Source: Heptranchias perlo
Taxonomy: Eukaryota
Direction of reading: 5' to 3'
Assembly: GCF_035084215.1 (NCBI RefSeq)
Contig: NC_090365.1
Coordinates: forward strand, 4,464,001-4,528,000
DNA: 64,000 nt
The notes below the pieces were generated by a model, which did not search any database, was not told the origin of the DNA, and was given only the letters and a program-made list of their open reading frames with translations. Position 1 is the stretch's first letter, and every line of letters starts with the position of its first letter. Shown piece after piece: positions 48,335-61,171 of this stretch. The position numbers and the translations under genes were made by a program.

Positions 48335-51300
48335 GTGAGTATTTTGCCATTTGTTTGAGATTGTTTTTGTTTTCAGGGAATTGCGCAGCTCCTCTGGATT
48401 TGATCGAGTGTGATTTGATGTCTTGAAGTTGTTCAAAAAAAAAAGTGGAATTCATATTTTGGAACTCGAATGTGCAGTATTGAATTTAAGGTTACCATAG
48501 CACTGCTGTGAAACTTCTTGCTAGGCCTGAGTGGATGTACCCTCCAATTTTATATATAATTTTAAAATTAATTCTGATTCAGGTAGTGATACACCCTGAC
48601 AGCCTGGCTGAGATTGGGAACTCACTATTTGGAAAACAGCTGATGTAAATTCATCTTGCCATGTTAAAATCCTCATTCACAAGTAGATTTTGTTCTCCTA
48701 AATATAACTAGCGGATTCACAAGTGAATTTGAGATAGAGTATTTGTTACCCCAATAAACGTTAAGTAGTGTAATGGAGGTAACTTTTTGTTTTACACTTT
48801 TTTAACTCCATGTGTTTACACTCAAATAATTGAACTTTTTATTCCCTTTATTACTCCTTGAAAAGAAATGCTTCTGTTGCCACGGCATTTGTGGCTGGTC
48901 CAGTTAGGTTTCTGATTGGGGGACTCGGCAATGGTGATGTCAAGGGGAGATGGTTAGCTGCTCTCTTATTGCAGATGGTCATTGTCTGCCAATTTGTGGC
49001 ACAAATGTTACTTGTCTCTTACCAGCCCAAGCCTGGACGTTGCCCAGGTCAACCAGGCAATGGGCACGGACTGCTTCAAAATCTGAAGAATTGCGAATGG
49101 GTCTTGCAGTGAGAGTAGGTGTTTCGCACCCAATGGGGCGATTGATTCAGCCAGCTCCTGAGCAAGTAAAGTGAGACAAGGTTGATTTCCATTGGTGTAT
49201 TTGCATGACGTGGCAGAGTTTGTTCTCTGTTTGAATGCCACTAAAGTTGATGTATTGTATCCAGCATGTTGAACTAACGACGCAAGCCTTAAAACATACT
49301 GACAAATTTCATTATACAACCAGACCATTCTTTTGTTGACTTTTGGTCCAAACTCTCAGCCCAAATATACAAAGTAATCAATCTAAACAGGGATAACTAT
49401 GTGGGGTACATCCTATTTGTTTTAGTAGGCGTCACTCCGTTGCTTAATCCATTAAGTTTCATAATGGCTGCTTTTGCTTTTGTAACACAGGTGGGAGGTA
49501 TTGTACTACGTGTTTTGTTTTACGGTAAAGGGAAAGAAAGAGAGAATTTTCATCAATATAACAGCATATTGTATCCCAGTGTGTCTCAACTCACCACACC
49601 CAATGAATTACTGTTGAAGTGTAGTCACTGTATGTAGGCAAGAGTGGGACCTTAATTATCCATAAAACCTGCATGGGATTTGGCCTAATTTTGCACGAAC
49701 CAGCTAAAATACAATTGAGTTTTTGAAATTCTCTTGCAAAAGCTGGGCTCTTAGTATAGCAGAATATGTAGTTATCTGATGCCCATGAATTGTTAGAATC
49801 TTAACTGTGCAGCTGAGTTTTAGCTTTGGGTCAGAACCCCAGTAAATCAGTTTTCCAGCACTTTTATGAGGGTTATCACTTACAAAATGGAAACAAATTG
49901 AGTCTTGCTTACAGTAATCGGAACCTTTAATAACCTACAGTCAGACTAAATATGGGGACTCTTGACTATCTCAAGGCCTGTGAATTTGAATTGCAAATAA
50001 GGTAGGATTGCTATGGCTTGTAGGGGGGTGGAGGCACATGTGATCCATGGGCTGCAGCTTGGACACACAAGCTGTGGGCCATAATAACATCTCAGTTGTG
50101 GTACTGATGAGCTGCACCAGATCTAGCAATTTTAGTACAGTTGTGATATTACATCTATGTGATGTAGACGATTGCCCAGGTATGTTCAATCCTCTTTTTA
50201 AAAAAAAAACTGGGTAAATGAAACTGGGCAGTGTCCTAGGCCCAACCATCTTCAGCTGCTTCATCAATGACCTTCCCTCCATCATAAGGTCAGAAATGGG
50301 GATGTTCGCTGATGACTGCAGTGTTCAGTTCCATTCGCAAACCCTCAGATAATGAAGCAGTCCGAGCCTGCATGCAGCAAGACCTGGACAACATCCAGGC
50401 TTGGGCTGATAAGTGGCAAGTAACATTCGTGCCAGATAAGTGCCAGGCAATGACCATCTCCAACAAGAGAGAGTCTAACCACCTCCCCTTGACATTCAAC
50501 GGCATTACCATCGCCGAATCCCCCACCATCAACATCCTGGGGGTCACCATTGACCAGAAACTTAACTGGACCAGCCATATAAATACTGTGGCTACGAGAG
50601 CAGGTCAGAGGCTGGGTATTCTGCGGCGAGTGACTCACCACCTGACTCCCCAAAGCCTTTCCACCATCTACAAGGCACAAGTCAGGAGTGTGATGGAATA
50701 CTCTCCACTTGCCTGGATGAGTGCAGCTCCAACAACACTCAAGAAGCTCGACACCATCCAAGATAAAGCAGCCCGCTTGATTGGCACCCCATCCACCACC
50801 CTAAACATTCACTCCCTTCACCACCGGCGCACTGTGGCTGCAGTGTGCACCATCCACAGGATGCACTGCAGCAACTCGCCAAGGCTTCTTCGACAGCACC
50901 TCCCAAACCCGCGACCTCTACCACCTAGACGGACAAGGGCAGCAGGCACATGGGAACAACAACACCTGCACGTTCCCCTCCAAGTCACACACCATCCCCA
51001 CTTGGAAATATATCGCCGTTCCTTCATTGTCGCTGGGTCAAAATCCTGGAACTCCCTTCCTAACAGCACTGTGGGAGAACCGTCACCACACGGACTGCAG
51101 CGGTTCAAGAAGGCGGCTCACCACCACCTTCTCGAGGGCAATTAGGGATGGGCAATAAATGCCGGCCTTGCCAGCGACGCCCACATCCCGTGAACGAATA
51201 AAAAAAACCCAGACAATTGCTGCCCTATTGGCCTCCTGCCAATTAATAGCAAAGTGATGGAAGGGGTCATCAGTGAAATCAAGTGACCTTTATTCACCAT

Positions 51301-54300
51301 TAACCTGCCCACCGTACTCAGTTTGGGTCCTACCAGACCTCATCACAGCTTGGACCCAGCCATGGATGCCAGAACTGAGTGCTTCTCTTTCTCTTCCCCC
51401 CCGCTTCCCTGGTAGTGAAATTTACATTAAAAACTTCATTTAAGGGAGCAGTATAGTCTATTGGACCGTGGAATCTCTGCTATTGTGATGCAAACAATCT
51501 AATTAAAAATATATAATTGCATTTTCCTCTGTTACCCCACCAAAGCCACAATTTAAAACATGATTGCAGCTGCATGTTCTCCTGTGGCCTGACCCCATTT
51601 TCCTGTGTAGTACAGTAGCTGATGTGGCTACCATTTCAGCTAATCTAGAAAAAAGGTGGGTCTGATTTGGTTAATGATGCACCAGAGAAACTATTGCAAA
51701 AAGTACTTTACGGGTACATTGTTTTCTGCAGTAAAATGATGATTTATTCCAAAATGCAGTGCCCATTGCTGTTCCTGAATTAACAACATTTTTCTGACTT
51801 GTTCTCTGGATACGGGTGTTGCTGGCAAGGTTGCATTTATTGCTCATCTCATTGCCATGCGAAGATAATGGCTGGCTAGGCCAATTGAGACATTAAAAGC
51901 CAACCACGTTTGCGGGGGTGGAGTTATGTAGGACTAGCACATTTTCCATGAAGGATGTTGCTGAACAGGTTGAGTTTTTACAACAATCCAGCAGCTTTTG
52001 TGGTTGTTATTTTTCCTGTTGCCCACCTACAAATTACCTGATTTTAACTTTCAATTCCATAAATTGCCATGGTGGAACTTGAACTCATGCCCTCTTGAGT
52101 TGCTAGTCCAGTACAAAAGCCATTCATTTTGTGAAAGTGTTGCAAAATATATGTAATCCTTAAATAAACTGGGCTCTTGACATTCTTGTTTAGGAATTTG
52201 ATGATCCCCGGGACGCAGATGATGCAGTTTATGAGCTCAATGGGAAAGAACTGTTCCGGGAGAGGTAAGACTTTAACAGTCAGCAGAATAATCTGAGTCC
52301 TCTAGTTAAGTCATCAACTTTATCCAGTAACTTTCCAAGACAAGTATATTTTACTAGAACTGGGAGACACCCCCTTAAGGGGCAGTGCAACAAAGGTTCA
52401 CTGGATTGATTCCTGGGCTGAGGATTGTCCTATGAGGAGAGATTGAGTAGAATGGGCCTATACTCTCTGGAATTTAGAAGAATGAGAGGTGATCTCATTG
52501 ATACATGTAAGATTCTTAGAGGGCTGTTTCCCCTGGCTGGAGAGTCTAGAACTAGGTGGTCATGGTTTCAAGATTAGGGGTCGGCCATTTAGGACCGAGA
52601 TGAGGAAAAATGTCTTCACTCAAAGGGTTGTGAATCTTTGGAATTCTTTACCCCAGAGGGCTGTGGATGCTCAGTCGTTGAATATCTTCAAGGCTGAGAC
52701 TGATAGATTTTTGGACACTAAGGGAATCAAGGGATAGGGTGGGAAAGTGGAGTTGAGGTAGAAGATCAGCCATGATCTTATTGAATGGCGGAGTAGGCTC
52801 GAGGGCCAAATGGCCTACTCCTCCTATTTCTTATGTACTTAAATATCTGCCACTTAAAAGTGCAATATCTCACTTGCTGGTAGTAGCTTGCACTTTAATG
52901 GACTTAAAAATATTACATACATACACACACCAAACTAAAGGTTAATGGACAACGTTATAACACTAAGCCATATTAACCAGAAAGTGTTGGGTTTGATTCC
53001 CAATTAGCTGGAGCTGTAATAAGGCTAGAGTGGGGAGAAATCTGCCAGAGTTTATAACCTTGATTGTTATCTAGTAAATCCTGCTAGCGAGCATGTATGG
53101 ACATCTGGTGAGGCCAAGATTGGAATGGGATAAGAAGTCTATGGCGGGAGAGGGGGGTGGGGAAAGCATATTGAATCTAGTTGGTGAGAATTCCATAAGT
53201 CCCATATGGACCCTTCAGAGCTGTGCTGAATTTTACCAAACTGTTTAGTTTCAGATTCATGTTTATAGATAGGGTTTCACATGTAAATATTAGTAGATTT
53301 CAAATTGCTAAATGTTGGGCTACATTGTAATGGATTAGACGTAAATGGGATAAAGAGTTCTTTCATTATAACTATAACTTATGGAAAATATGCCTGCAAT
53401 TTTTTAAGTCTAATTCTGAAACCAGTGGAGAATGTATACATGAATTCTGTTATCAACTGGGAATTTACTAAAGCGAAACAGGGTTTGTGAAATTTTCACA
53501 AGGATTGTGCTTGGTAAAGCACACATACTGCACAATTCAAGGTTACGTTGCAACTAATGTATGTAGCATTTCTGGTTTCAATTAATTGATTTTTAAACTT
53601 CTCTAGGATTACTGTGGAGCTTGCAAAGGCCCCACCTCGGAGAGGAGGGGGCAGGTTTGGTGGAAGATTTAACTATTATCGCCCCAGAAGTGAACGAAGC
53701 AGTGGACTAAGGTAAACAAAATGGACTGGGGGAGAAGTGAACTTAACGACAGTATTATTTAATAACAGAAAATACTGAAATTACATAGCGAGTCCATCTG
53801 AATACAGGGTTAAAGGGTGTGGTGTCCAAATTTGCAGACAGTACTAAAATAGGGCATCCCCATCCAAGCACTAGCCTCCTATTGGTACACGGCCAACGGG
53901 GTGGTTCCCACCCCTGGCGTCTACCTGCCTTCCCGGTCCACAGGAGACTTCTCTCTGCCAGATTTTCCATGCTTCCCTCGCTTTCTGCTGTAACCATTTG
54001 CACCTCCTCTGGACCTATCTTGTTTTTGTACATATCTCATTACCCCCTTTTTGCCTTGCGCCATCATCCCTCTTGTCATTTAATCACTCCTGCCCTCCAC
54101 CTTTTTTTTCTGCCCATTTTTTTCCCTGGCTCTGTACTTGTTTACAAGCTGTTCATCTCTAACATCTTCCAGTTCTGATGAATCGATCTGAAACGTCGAC
54201 TCTGTTTCTTTCTCTACAGATGCTGCCTGACCGTGGAGTGCTTCCCAGCATTTTCTGTTTATAGATGACAATAGTGGAAATAATATTGCATTATTTTGCC

Positions 54301-57300
54301 CCTCCCCACAAACTCCAGAAGGTACAGAGGCCAGCAAGCTTTTGGTAACTTGCCTAACTGGCCATTCTTCAGGTTTGAGCTTAGAAAGTGAGTGAGTTTT
54401 TGACTGCAGTGTTGCAGCTGAGCTATATTTTGTCTTCACCATACACCTAGCCTCCAGCAGCGTGATCCGGAGTCCTGGCTGTCCTTTTTCCCCCAACCCA
54501 GAGTCTTGAGGCAAAGTCTAGTGCCCCTAATGTCACTCCAATGGAGGTAGCTGATGCAATACAGACCAGGAAGCAAACCTGCAAAACTTCTGTGTTCAGT
54601 ATCTATTACCTTTGACTTCCTACATCATTGGAAGAAATCATTGTACATTAATACTGGAGAGGCACCTAGCACTGCATGGGCATTTTTGCTGCTTTCGAGT
54701 AACACACTACTTTTCTGAAATTTCAGATATGGACCTCCTGTTCGAACTGACTACCGTCTAATTGTGAAGAATCTCTCTTCCCGTGTTAGCTGGCAGGTGG
54801 GTGCAGATATTCAAATATAAGAACTCTACGTGAATTTAGCAAACTAAAGTTGTTAAATCTTAATTTGTTCTTGGATATATGTGCTTAAAAACAAAAGGGT
54901 CATAACTTCATAAATATAACCCACAGCCTGCTTTAACCTGCACCTGAAATATGTCTGTGTATAAATATTATAGGAATTGAAGTAGGTCCATTGAGACTGC
55001 TCTGGCATTTTGTTAGCAGTGGGAGCTCTTATCATTTTTAACCCCAATTTCCTGCCTTTTGCTTCCCAAGCAAGTATCTCTCTCCCGTTTAAACTCTTCA
55101 GTGGACCTTGTATCTGTGGCTTCTGGGTTAAGTGTGTTCTGTGTTATCTCAACCCATTGTGTGGACAATTTTCCTGGATCTTTAGGACAGTATTTCTCTG
55201 TGATGTGCACCAACGGAAGATGAGTGATTTGCTCCAAGGTCTTTGCCGATGCTGTCCTTGATCAAGTGGCTAATGAGATGCCTGTCAGGCATAAAAATTT
55301 TTTTTCCCTCGCTCCCCAAAATGGTGGAGCTCGGATCTCAGCCCAACACCTCCCTGCAGTTGGGTACTGATAATAGCTGATTAGTGTAAATCTACCTTGC
55401 TGGTTTGTGACACGATGCATTAAAGCACCATTATTCTGCACCACCCATACTAATCCATTGCATAACTGTGCCCATATCCCCAGTGCATTCTAGCACACAG
55501 ACGTCCATTGTTGCAATCAGTTATTCAAAAATTTTTGACCTCTTCCTGTCTCCCAGTAGATGTCTGGTATATTATACATGTTGAGATTGGGAATTTGATG
55601 TGAGGAAATCCTGAACTTGCCATGATACACCAAGGTTGCAAAATAAGTTTCCAGTGAGGGTGGCTTATCCATAGAACCCATTGCTTTCCATTCCCCCTCT
55701 CCTCTCTTTCCCAGGCCTCCCAATCATAACATCTAACTGCTTCTTGAATTACTCCAGAATTTTTGCCTCTTACCTCAGCCGGAAGATCATTCCAGGGATT
55801 AGTCACTGTGTGAGGAAGTGCTTCCTGACATCAGTTCTGTGCTGGGTGCTCTGCCACTAGACCTCGTCCATCCTTGCTCTTGCTGTCATGTCTGTTAACT
55901 GCCAGGTGGTCAGTCCAGTTACAAAAAATAGCACATAGATAATGTCCACAAGGAATGCTGCATGATTTGTTTTTTTGGGTTATTTTTGTGAAAATATGAT
56001 CTAGGCCGGCACATCTGATTTAATTAGTACTTTTATGATGAAATCTAATGGTATTCTGCACAAAAATGTAAAATGAATAGCCATTAAATTTCTGATTTTA
56101 AATTTTAATGGTAACTCTAACTCCAATTTAACTCCTAATTACTGTGATTAATGTAGACAGTTTATATATGCATCTGCTGGCTTAATATTGTTTGATTGGA
56201 AATTAATGACCATTTGACTAAATTTGAAAACCTTTGTTTAGCAGCTTGTCGTGAGGTCATTCGCATTTTGACCAGGAGTTCCCTTTTCTCGTGTTGTCGC
56301 GTCCTGTATCTGGAAAAGGTCCCGTGTTGACTAATTTGCCAGTCGGCTCCCACGATTATTCAGGCAGCTGGACGCGGGTTCTGGGTTGTACTGATCCTAG
56401 GGTCACAGATGGCGTCGACACCTGTCGCATCCCCAGTCCTGGTGTAAGAAAAAAAAAACCGTGTCGATCTCGCTCGGAGGCTTGACAGGAGATTGACTTG
56501 TAAGGTGGCCAAGCCTTCACACAACCCATGATTATTGGTGGCACTTTACCCAGGGTGGCAGGCACATTCGGTGCCACTGAGGGAGGGCCATATCCCAAGA
56601 AGCTGTATCGAAAGGGTATTGTATTGAGTGGGTGCACCCTTTGCTTAGATGCATCATGTAGGGCATGGATGGTTGCCTAAAATTGTAATTGGCTGGGTAA
56701 CCCAGGGCTAATTTAAATTGTAATTTTGATATTTTTAACGTGTGGAATAGGGATGTCATGATATTGTACACAATATTACAAGGTTTTTTTCCCTCCAGGG
56801 GTCATCAGTTGCTGTGGTCCCATTGCTCACTGGGATCCGCACATATTCTTCACTGGTTCAGTGGCTGCATGGATTGAGGCAAAAGATGGAAAATGTTTAT
56901 AGAACTATTTGTGAAGCAAATAACATGAATGAAAATGGCGACCGGGGCTAAGAGGGAAAGTAGAGGTTCCCTTCTCCTGCCCCCGAGACAATACAAGAGG
57001 CTAAATGAGAAAAGGGCATTGGAAAAATACTCCTAGTGATCAAGACAGCAATAATAAGAGCAGTGTACTACAAACAAGACGGTAGATTTCTTTGCAGACC
57101 GCTACTCTTTTGAAAAAGTCATAGAAACGATCTTGACTCCCTGTGGCTGGTGAATTTTCGTAAGTGATTAGAGCTGTCACCAACCAAGTTATTTTCCTCA
57201 CTTGGTTGATTGTGAATCAAAAGAAGCCCCGATGACTTGAGACGGCTGATGTACTGAAGATCAGTTTTGAATTTTGGTCAGACTATTACTAGAGCTTTGA

Positions 57301-60300
57301 AACGCTGACTTTTAACCTGGAAAGATTGCCTTAATTGTCTGTGGCATTTCATAATGTGTTAATTATGCCTGATAACGAGAATTTTTGGCATATCTTTCTT
57401 TGTGCCTTGGAAAATGGCAGTTTTCGATCTGGTGTTTTGTCACCAGGTGCCACTTGTTCAGAGATGGAATGGTAGAGCCGCTGCTTTGGGTTGTACCATA
57501 AGCGGTCAACACTTTATCTGCAGCTGCTCTCACACCTTGCTGTAATTCACTTAGTCAAAACAAAGCCATAGCATGACATCCCAATTCTGAGACTATTGTA
57601 ACTGATATTACTGTGCAGTGTGTTAGGTTTCTGTCTGAACTGCATTTTAAAGGTTTTTCCTGTTTGTAGGATCTAAAGGACATCATGCGACAGGCTGGTG
57701 AAGTGACCTTCACCGATGCTCACAGAGTCCACAATAATGAAGGGTAAGAGAGAACAGCAAAAGTAATTGGGAGAGAACACAGTGGTGACTGTCCATTTGT
57801 GACATTTAGTTACCTCACCTGTGCATTTCCCATTTTAATTATGAACATGGAATCCTGACTGGTCGTAACGAGCATCTTGATGGGCACCATATTAATCAGT
57901 TAATTGGAAAATCATACTGGGCACATTAATGGAGAATTAGTAATAATAACTGAAAAACATCCAGAGGTGCTTCTTGGAGACACATTTTTTAAAAAAAGGT
58001 GTTGTCAAAGGTGGAGATGTTAGGCAGGGTGACCAAAAGCTTTGTCAAAAAAGTGGATTTTAAGGAGGGTCTTAAAGGAGTAGAGGGAGTTGGGAGGGAA
58101 TTCTACAAGTCTTTGTTCACTTTTCTTCCTTACCAGGGAGGTATTGGAATAGTCGAGTCTGGAGGCAACAAGGGCACAGTTTCAGCAGAAGAGGGGCTGA
58201 AGTAAGGATGGAGGTGGGAGTGAATGGTCTCTGATGAAGATTTGGGGTTGGAAGCTCAGCTCGAGGCCTAATAGGACACCATAATCTCGAACATTCCGGT
58301 TCAGCCTGAGACAGTGGCCAGGGAGGAGGATGGAATCGGACACTGGCCGAAGGCAATGACTTTGGTCATCCCAATGTTTAACTGGAGGAAATTACGGCTT
58401 ATCCAAGACTGGATGTCGGTCAAGTAGTCTGACAACACTGGTGGTGGTGAGGTAGATTTGGGTGGTGTCAGTGTACATATGGAAGCTCATCATGGGCCTG
58501 GATGAAGGCTAGGGGCCAGTGATTAAATCCTTGGACTCTGGAGGTAACAGGATGGGAAGAGAAGCCATTACTGGAAATGCTTTGGCCACTGAGGTCATTT
58601 GTGACTTAGGTTAGGGCTGTTTCGTGCAGTGGAAGGACGGAAACCTGACTGGAGATAATCATGCCTGGAGTAGTGGGAAGGATGAGCACAGATTTGGGGA
58701 GTGACAATAGGTTGAAGGGCTTTGGAGAAGAAAGGGAGGTTGGTGATGGGAAGGTGGTTTGTTCAATTTTAAGCTCTGGGGAGAAGGCTGTTCTTTTGCT
58801 CAATTTACTCCTCCCCTGAAAGTGCTGGCTGTTACTGGGATACGGTTGTGCTGGGATCAGCAGCCCTCTGACAAGCTCACCAAGTGGCTGCTGTTATGTG
58901 TCAGCAGGCTGATGTTTGCCCTATAAACACTTAGCATCCCTCCTGGTAATAGGAAAAACCGTCATTAGTAGCAGACGATCCTCCAATTTGGATCTTCTGC
59001 AAAGTTAGATGATTATTCAAAATTAACACGATTCTAGAATATTCTGGGGCTGCTTAGTCTGATTAGTTTCTGAAGCTTTTTTTGTAATGTTTGTGTTGTC
59101 ACCAGGGTCAGCTTTAAAACTGGAACGAGATCCAGCAATACAATTCGAGAAGTTGAGGGTCATTTTCACCCTCCCCGCCTAGGCAGTAACCTGTCAGTGG
59201 ATCACTCACCTGATTTCCAATCCATTATTTTCAATACACCGAAAATAGGGCGGTTTCTACAAGAGGCGGCAAAGTTGAAAATTACTCGTCTTTGAGCGTA
59301 GAATGTATGGAGAGAGTATTCTGAACTGTGTGGTGGGAACAGATTTGAGATTAGTTAAGAGTGTCACAACATTAAACTGCCTTAAGTATGACCTTCATAA
59401 CATTGGTGCCAAGTGCTAAAAATGTATTTGTGATTTTGCTATAATTAGTGGATGTGGGAATTTTTCTCTCTGCCTCCCTCCAGCCCTTAGTGACAACGCT
59501 GCCCTTTCACAGGTCTGCAAAATTATTTGCATTATTTCTGCCCCATCCTGACTTTTTTTTTTCCATTACAGTATTGTGGAGTTTGCTTCTTACAGCGATT
59601 TGAAAAATGCAATTGATAAACTGGATGGAAAAGAAATCAGTGGGCGGCGGGTCCAGCTGATTGAGGAGCCACGGCGTCACAGGTAACAATCAGCTGGGCA
59701 CTGGGGAATTCTATTCTAATTTGGGGCGGCACACGAAGGAAATTTGTAAATCAGTGAAATGTCGATTCAGACTCTCAGCTTGGCCTGGTTTGTGTTTCTA
59801 AAATGGATGTTATCTTTTTTATTAAAAAAAGACTCGTGTTTGGGGTGAGGGGGAAAATCTGAGTGACAATCCCCTAAGGGTGCATGAATTCCCTCATAGT
59901 TCTGAAAGTTTAATGTGTGCAATAGAAAGAGCCCACACATGGAGCAGACTGAGCTTCGTCTGTTCCTAGTGCCTTTTTATTCTCCATAACGAAGTTGATA
60001 TATTTTGCTGATCGATTGTTTAAGATGCCAGGTAGCACTGCTCAGCTGTCCAATAATAGTCACCAAGCAGCTGAGCAACACTCTGCTCATGGGGCTGCTT
60101 TGGGACCAACTCGTGAAAAATAAAGACTCTTAAAAGCATAGATGTTTACAGCACATGAGGTCATTCAGACCATTGTGTCTGTGCCAGCTCTTTGCTTGAG
60201 CAATCCAAGCTAATTCCGCTGCCCTGTTCTCTCCCCATAGCCCTGTATCTTCCTCTGCTTCAAATATTTTATTTACTCTTCCCATTGAAAAGTTCAATAA

Positions 60301-61171
60301 TGCCTCAATTACTCCCTGTAGCAAGACATTCTGTGCTCTTAGCTGTTTGCCTTTCAGTTTAGGAGCTGAGTGGCTGATTTATCAGCAATTTAAACTGTCT
60401 GAGCGGTAGTTCAGATACGAAATCTGATTTTGGTCTTGGTTATTTTCAGAAACTAACTTTTTACTGTTGTCTCTACAAAATGATCAGTGTAACCATCTTG
60501 TACTGATCACTCCAAGCGGCTGGGATAGTACAGTCTTCATTGCAGTGTGATTTGGGCATTTAATGAGAAATCTTTGCACCAACATGATCATTACAAGCAG
60601 ATTCTACTATTCATGACATACGGAGACTGGGGAATAGGGAAGGATAATTGGGAGATGGGGTTGTACCCTGTAAAAGTTCCACACGCCTTACATTATGTCC
60701 TGACTGGTGTCTCCTTGTTATAAATTCTGCTGCCTGACATGGGTATTTTTCTGTAGATGTGACATGGGATAATTCAAGGGTAGGTATGTAAATAACCACT
60801 GCATGGGGGGGAAAAACTCTTGAATAGTTTATGTAGGGAGGTTTTTGTTTACCTTCCTCCTTTGCCGTTCCAGATCTTGGACCAGATCTCGTTCTAGAAG
60901 CTCTTCAAGATCCCGCGGCTACAAAGGTTCCAGAAGCGCGTCGAGATCCGCGAGCCGTTCGCTGAGCCGGAGCAGGTCTCGCTCTCGCAGCCGGTCGCCA
61001 GCTCGCGATACAAAGCGGCAGAGAAATGTGTCTCGATCGCTAAGCCGCTCGCCGGAGGTCAAACGCCGCAGGAAGCCAACTGAGTCGAGATCGCGATCGA
61101 ATTCTCCTGGTAAATCAGCCCGGTCCTGGTCCGGTTCTCGGGAGCAGTCTCCTGTCAACAGTGCAGAGTAA
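48209..61171 (+). CDS. SRSF5: Serine/arginine-rich splicing factor 5-like (SRSF5 paralogue, srsf5a-type), 7 coding exons, 284 aa
   Basis: Exons 48209-48334, 52194-52264, 53607-53711, 54727-54796, 57670-57743, 59572-59682, 60874-61171 join in frame (855 nt). RRM1 reads [62 protein letters not shown]; the pseudo-RRM carries SWQDLKD; there is a C-terminal RS domain. Confidence 0.92.
50226..51207 (+). mobile_element. Young 5'-truncated LINE (same family as 2709-4522) nested in an old copy of the same family (~50035-51380)
   Basis: 277-aa open C-terminal ORF (50312-51145), intact 3' tail and A-run; the flanks are a collinear diverged copy of 2925-3320. Confidence 0.9.
52194..52264 (+). CDS. SRSF5: SRSF5-like exon 3
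   Basis: [23 protein letters not shown](R); ag| and |gtaaga. Confidence 0.93.
52385..52837 (+). mobile_element. CR1 LINE 3' fragment
   Basis: [36 protein letters not shown]; tail ctcctatttcttatg. Confidence 0.85.
53607..53711 (+). CDS. SRSF5: SRSF5-like exon 4
   Basis: [34 protein letters not shown](R); ag| and |gtaaac. Confidence 0.9.
53870..54260 (+). mobile_element. Penelope-like element terminal-repeat remnant with a hammerhead-like core
   Basis: agttCTGATGA...GAAAcgtcgactctgtttc...cagatgctgcctgacc...ccagcattttctg, matching the recalled pattern of fish/shark Penelope-like repeat ends. Confidence 0.6.
54727..54796 (+). CDS. SRSF5: SRSF5-like exon 5
   Basis: [23 protein letters not shown]; donor CAG|gtgggt. 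Confidence 0.93.
56242..56443 (+). other. Candidate NMD poison exon / alternative 3' splice region in SRSF5-like intron 5
   Basis: Branch-like TGACTAA, pyrimidine tract and tandem acceptor TAG-CAG (56239-56244), in-frame TGA at 56269-56271, candidate donor gtaaga at 56444. This is the same intron as the regulated one in mammalian SRSF5. The 3' boundary is uncertain. Confidence 0.55.
57670..57743 (+). CDS. SRSF5: SRSF5-like exon 6
   Basis: [24 protein letters not shown](G); ag| and |gtaaga. Confidence 0.93.
57950..58760 (-). mobile_element. Old L2-type LINE fragment
   Basis: Similar to 13300-13960 (gtgaccaaaagc...ttttaaggag...gcattggaatagtc...cagtttcagcaga). Confidence 0.7.
59572..59682 (+). 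CDS. SRSF5: SRSF5-like exon 7
   Basis: [36 protein letters not shown](R); ag| and |gtaaca. Confidence 0.93.
60874..61171 (+). CDS. SRSF5: SRSF5-like exon 8 (RS domain, stop)
   Basis: ttgccgttccag|A; [25 protein letters not shown]...SPVNSAE*. Confidence 0.93.

Noticed and set aside
50312-51145. Longest ORF in the track (277 aa) as a host gene
   Set aside because: It is the C-terminal part of a 5'-truncated LINE ORF2, followed by the family 3' tail.
60919-61158. Antisense ORF rich in RD/RE/RL
   Set aside because: It is the reverse-strand shadow of the RS-domain codons.
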